A stretch of 60,607 nt of DNA, counting the filler. It is 6 parts of 6 records of this genome, joined end to end, with 100 filler letters (N's around TTAATTAATTAA, not from the genome) between each part and the next. Parts side by side here need not be neighbours in the genome. Positions count along the whole stretch, not along the records: positions 52,215 to 60,607 come from DRR723986_6854; 5 more parts are not named here. The stretch is one strand, 5' to 3'. A program made the translations under genes and the position numbers. Below are positions 58,463 to 60,607 of the stretch, piece after piece (position 1 is the first letter of the stretch; every line of letters starts with the position of its first letter). The notes below the pieces were generated by a model. The model was not told the origin of the DNA, made no database searches, and worked only from the letters and a program-made list of their open reading frames with translations.

Positions 58463-59920
58463 ATGCCAAACGGTTTTGCATATCTGATGCTGTTGATCTG
58501 GCCGCTGGTCTGTCTGTGGCTGTTCCGAAAGATGCCGCTGCAACGGGCGTTGATCTGGTCCATTCTGGGCGGCTATCTGTTTTTGCCACCGCTGGCGGAA
58601 TTCAACCTGCCGCTGGTGCCCTCGATGGACAAAGTGTCCATTCCGAACCTCAGCGTTGTTCTGATCTTGATGTTTTCCCTCAAGGAAAAGCTGCATATCT
58701 GGCCGCAGGGCTGGATCGGGCGGGTATTGGTGGCGGGGTTGGTTCTGTCGGCCATCCCGACGGTGATGACCAACCGTGATCCGATCTTGTTCGAAGTGCT
58801 GCGCGATGCCGATCCGATCATTTTCCTGGTGGATCAACTGCCCGGACAGTCGGTGCGCGACGTCGGGGCTGTGGTGCTCTCGCAGGTACTCACGCTGGTG
58901 CCGTTCCTTCTGGCCCGGCAATTTCTGGCGGATGAGAAGGGGCTGCATGAGGTGTTGCTGGCCTTTATGGTGGGCGGTCTGATCTATTCGATCCCGTCAT
59001 TGTTTGAAATTCAGTTCAGCCCGGTGACAAACATCTGGATTTACGGGTTTTTCCAACATTCCTTTGAGCAGATGATCCGCGATGGAGGTTACCGGCCTAT
59101 TGTGTTCTTGCCCCATGGCCTGTGGCTGGCGATCTTTGTGGTGACCAGTCTGATTGCGGCCGCGGCTTTGGTGCGCAACGGCCCGGCAGAAAAGCGGTTC
59201 AAGGGCTATCTGATTGTTGGCTATCTGGCGGTTCTGCTGGTGCTGTGCAAAAGCCTTGCGTCTTTTGCCTATGGCGTGGCGCTGACCCCTGTTGCGCTGT
59301 TCATACCAAGCCGTTGGCAGATCCGGTTGGCGGTGTTTTTTGCGGTTGTGGCCGTGGGCTATCCGATGCTGCGCAACCTGGATGTTGTTCCGACAGAAGC
59401 CATTCTGGCCCAAGCCGCCGAGATCAGTGATGAGCGCGCGCAATCTCTGGCCTACAGGTTTAACAACGAGGACCAACTGCTTGTTCGGGCGGCGGAAAAA
59501 CCGGCATTTGGCTGGGGCGGTTGGGGGCGCTCCTTGGTCCGCCACAGCGAGACAGGCGATATTCTGACCGTTCCTGATGGCCGTTGGATCATCGTTTTTG
59601 GCACCTTTGGCTGGGTCGGATACATCTGTGAATTTGGTCTTTTGGCGCTGCCGTTGTTGATGATGGGCCTCTATGTTTCAAGGCGGCGCCCGCAAAGGGT
59701 CTCTCCGTTTGTCGCGCCGCTTTGCCTGATCTTGGGGGTTACGTTGATGGATATGCTGCTCAACGCGACCCTGACACCGCTCACCTGGCTGACCGCTGGC
59801 GCAATCATGGGACATGCAGAAAAGCTGTTTGCAGGGGTCTCACATCCGCCGCGCTATCAGATGGGCGGTACGGTCTTTGACAAAACAAGGCAAAATCAAG
59901 GCAAACGCACCGTTTTATGA
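58463..59920 (+). CDS. Multi-TM polysaccharide polymerase / O-antigen ligase-like protein
   Basis: About 12 hydrophobic segments; RPIVFLPHG, SLAYR, FGWGGWG; among glycosyltransferase genes. Confidence 0.7.
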   Translation: MPNGFAYLMLLIWPLVCLWLFRKMPLQRALIWSILGGYLFLPPLAEFNLPLVPSMDKVSIPNLSVVLILMFSLKEKLHIWPQGWIGRVLVAGLVLSAIPTVMTNRDPILFEVLRDADPIIFLVDQLPGQSVRDVGAVVLSQVLTLVPFLLARQFLADEKGLHEVLLAFMVGGLIYSIPSLFEIQFSPVTNIWIYGFFQHSFEQMIRDGGYRPIVFLPHGLWLAIFVVTSLIAAAALVRNGPAEKRFKGYLIVGYLAVLLVLCKSLASFAYGVALTPVALFIPSRWQIRLAVFFAVVAVGYPMLRNLDVVPTEAILAQAAEISDERAQSLAYRFNNEDQLLVRAAEKPAFGWGGWGRSLVRHSETGDILTVPDGRWIIVFGTFGWVGYICEFGLLALPLLMMGLYVSRRRPQRVSPFVAPLCLILGVTLMDMLLNATLTPLTWLTAGAIMGHAEKLFAGVSHPPRYQMGGTVFDKTRQNQGKRTVL

Positions 59921-60188
59921 GCAAATTGGCCTTATTTGGCGTTTTGATCCGGTGCATTTGGCCAAAATTGTTTCGCCTGCGTCAATAATAACCGCCCCTT
60001 TTTGCCTTTATTATGGTAGCTTTAGGTGTGCAACGCCTTGTTATTAAGGGAAACCTGTCGAAAACCACGGATATTCGGGGAAAAGCCCTGAAATCTTCCC
60101 AATTTCTCCAAGTTCCACAGGCATATATTCCTTAATTACTCAGACGGGTGAAGTCCGTCCTGGGGCAGGCAACGGGAATATTGAACGA

Positions 60189-60607
60189 ATGGATACCACC
60201 AAGGGCCGCTCGATTTCAGGCGAAGATATTGCAATTGTCGGCATGGCTGTGAACGTGCCGGGTGCAGAAGGTGTGGATGCCTATTGGGCAAATCTGCGCG
60301 ATGGCGTTGAATCCATTCGCCGGTTGAGCGAGCAAGATCTGCTGGACGCAGGGGAGAGCCCCGAAAACATTGCCCGCAAGAATTACGTGCCCGCCGCCGC
60401 TGTGCTGGACGGGTTTGATACATTTGATGCGGAGTTCTTTGGTTTTTCCCCCAAAGATGCGGCTATCCTTGATCCGCAGCACCGCAAATTTCTCGAAGTG
60501 GCCTGGCAGTCGATGGAGCAGGCCGGCCATCCACCCGAAACGATGGCAGGGCCAATTGGTGTATATGCAGGCTGCGGGATGGGCAGCTATTTCTATTTCA
60601 ACATCTG
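60189..60607 (+). CDS. Type I polyketide synthase, N-terminal ketosynthase domain (runs off the window; absent from the ORF track)
   Basis: Manual translation: MDTTKGRSISGEDIAIVGMAVNVPGA...YWANLRDGVESI...FDAEFFGFSPKDAAILDPQHRKFLEVAW...GVYAG. Confidence 0.93.
   Translation, partial: MDTTKGRSISGEDIAIVGMAVNVPGAEGVDAYWANLRDGVESIRRLSEQDLLDAGESPENIARKNYVPAAAVLDGFDTFDAEFFGFSPKDAAILDPQHRKFLEVAWQSMEQAGHPPETMAGPIGVYAGCGMGSYFYFNI

Noticed and set aside
60040-60100. c-di-GMP-I riboswitch upstream of the PKS (GGGAAACCTGTCGAAA...)
   Set aside because: The stem around GAAA does not pair and the second hairpin motif is missing

Overview
This window is not one continuous locus. It joins six unrelated contigs with identical 100-nt linkers (44 N + TTAATTAATTAA + 44 N), so gene context is only valid within each piece. 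(1) 1-11366, high-GC alphaproteobacterium: phosphotransferase, beta-oxidation enzyme, short TsaA/TrmO-like gene with an HTH/molybdate-binding-type regulator, a liv branched-chain amino acid ABC operon and a truncated polyamine ABC ATPase. (2) 11467-20308, lower-GC Bacteroidota/FCB-type DNA: three tandem, diverged ~850-aa secreted proteins (Kelch propeller, Ig-like stalk, T9SS-type C-terminal domain), with a pair of 36-38 nt hairpin repeats upstream. (3) 20409-35950, Rhodobacteraceae-like: a co-oriented catabolic cluster of unknown substrate (IclR, Zn alcohol dehydrogenase, molybdenum hydroxylase with fused FeS-L and separate M subunits, TTT transporter, IolD-like ThDP enzyme, ALDH, IlvD/Edd dehydratase, pntA), a divergent BLUF photoreceptor gene and the 3' end of a tRNA-Leu at the contig edge. 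(4) 36051-45646, Marinobacter/Halomonas-like: teaABCD ectoine TRAP transporter, AGCS symporter, membrane GGDEF protein, polyamine-type ABC genes. (5) 45747-52114, Rhodobacteraceae-like: imuA with a LexA box, aldo/keto reductase and a carnitine catabolism operon. (6) 52215-60607, Roseobacter-like: amine catabolism genes, glycosyltransferases, a Wzy/O-antigen-ligase-like protein and the start of a type I PKS missing from the ORF track. The best candidates for undescribed biology are the contig 3 catabolic cluster and the contig 2 Kelch/T9SS triplet with its hairpin repeats. All family and taxon calls come from motifs recognised by eye; no database search was run.
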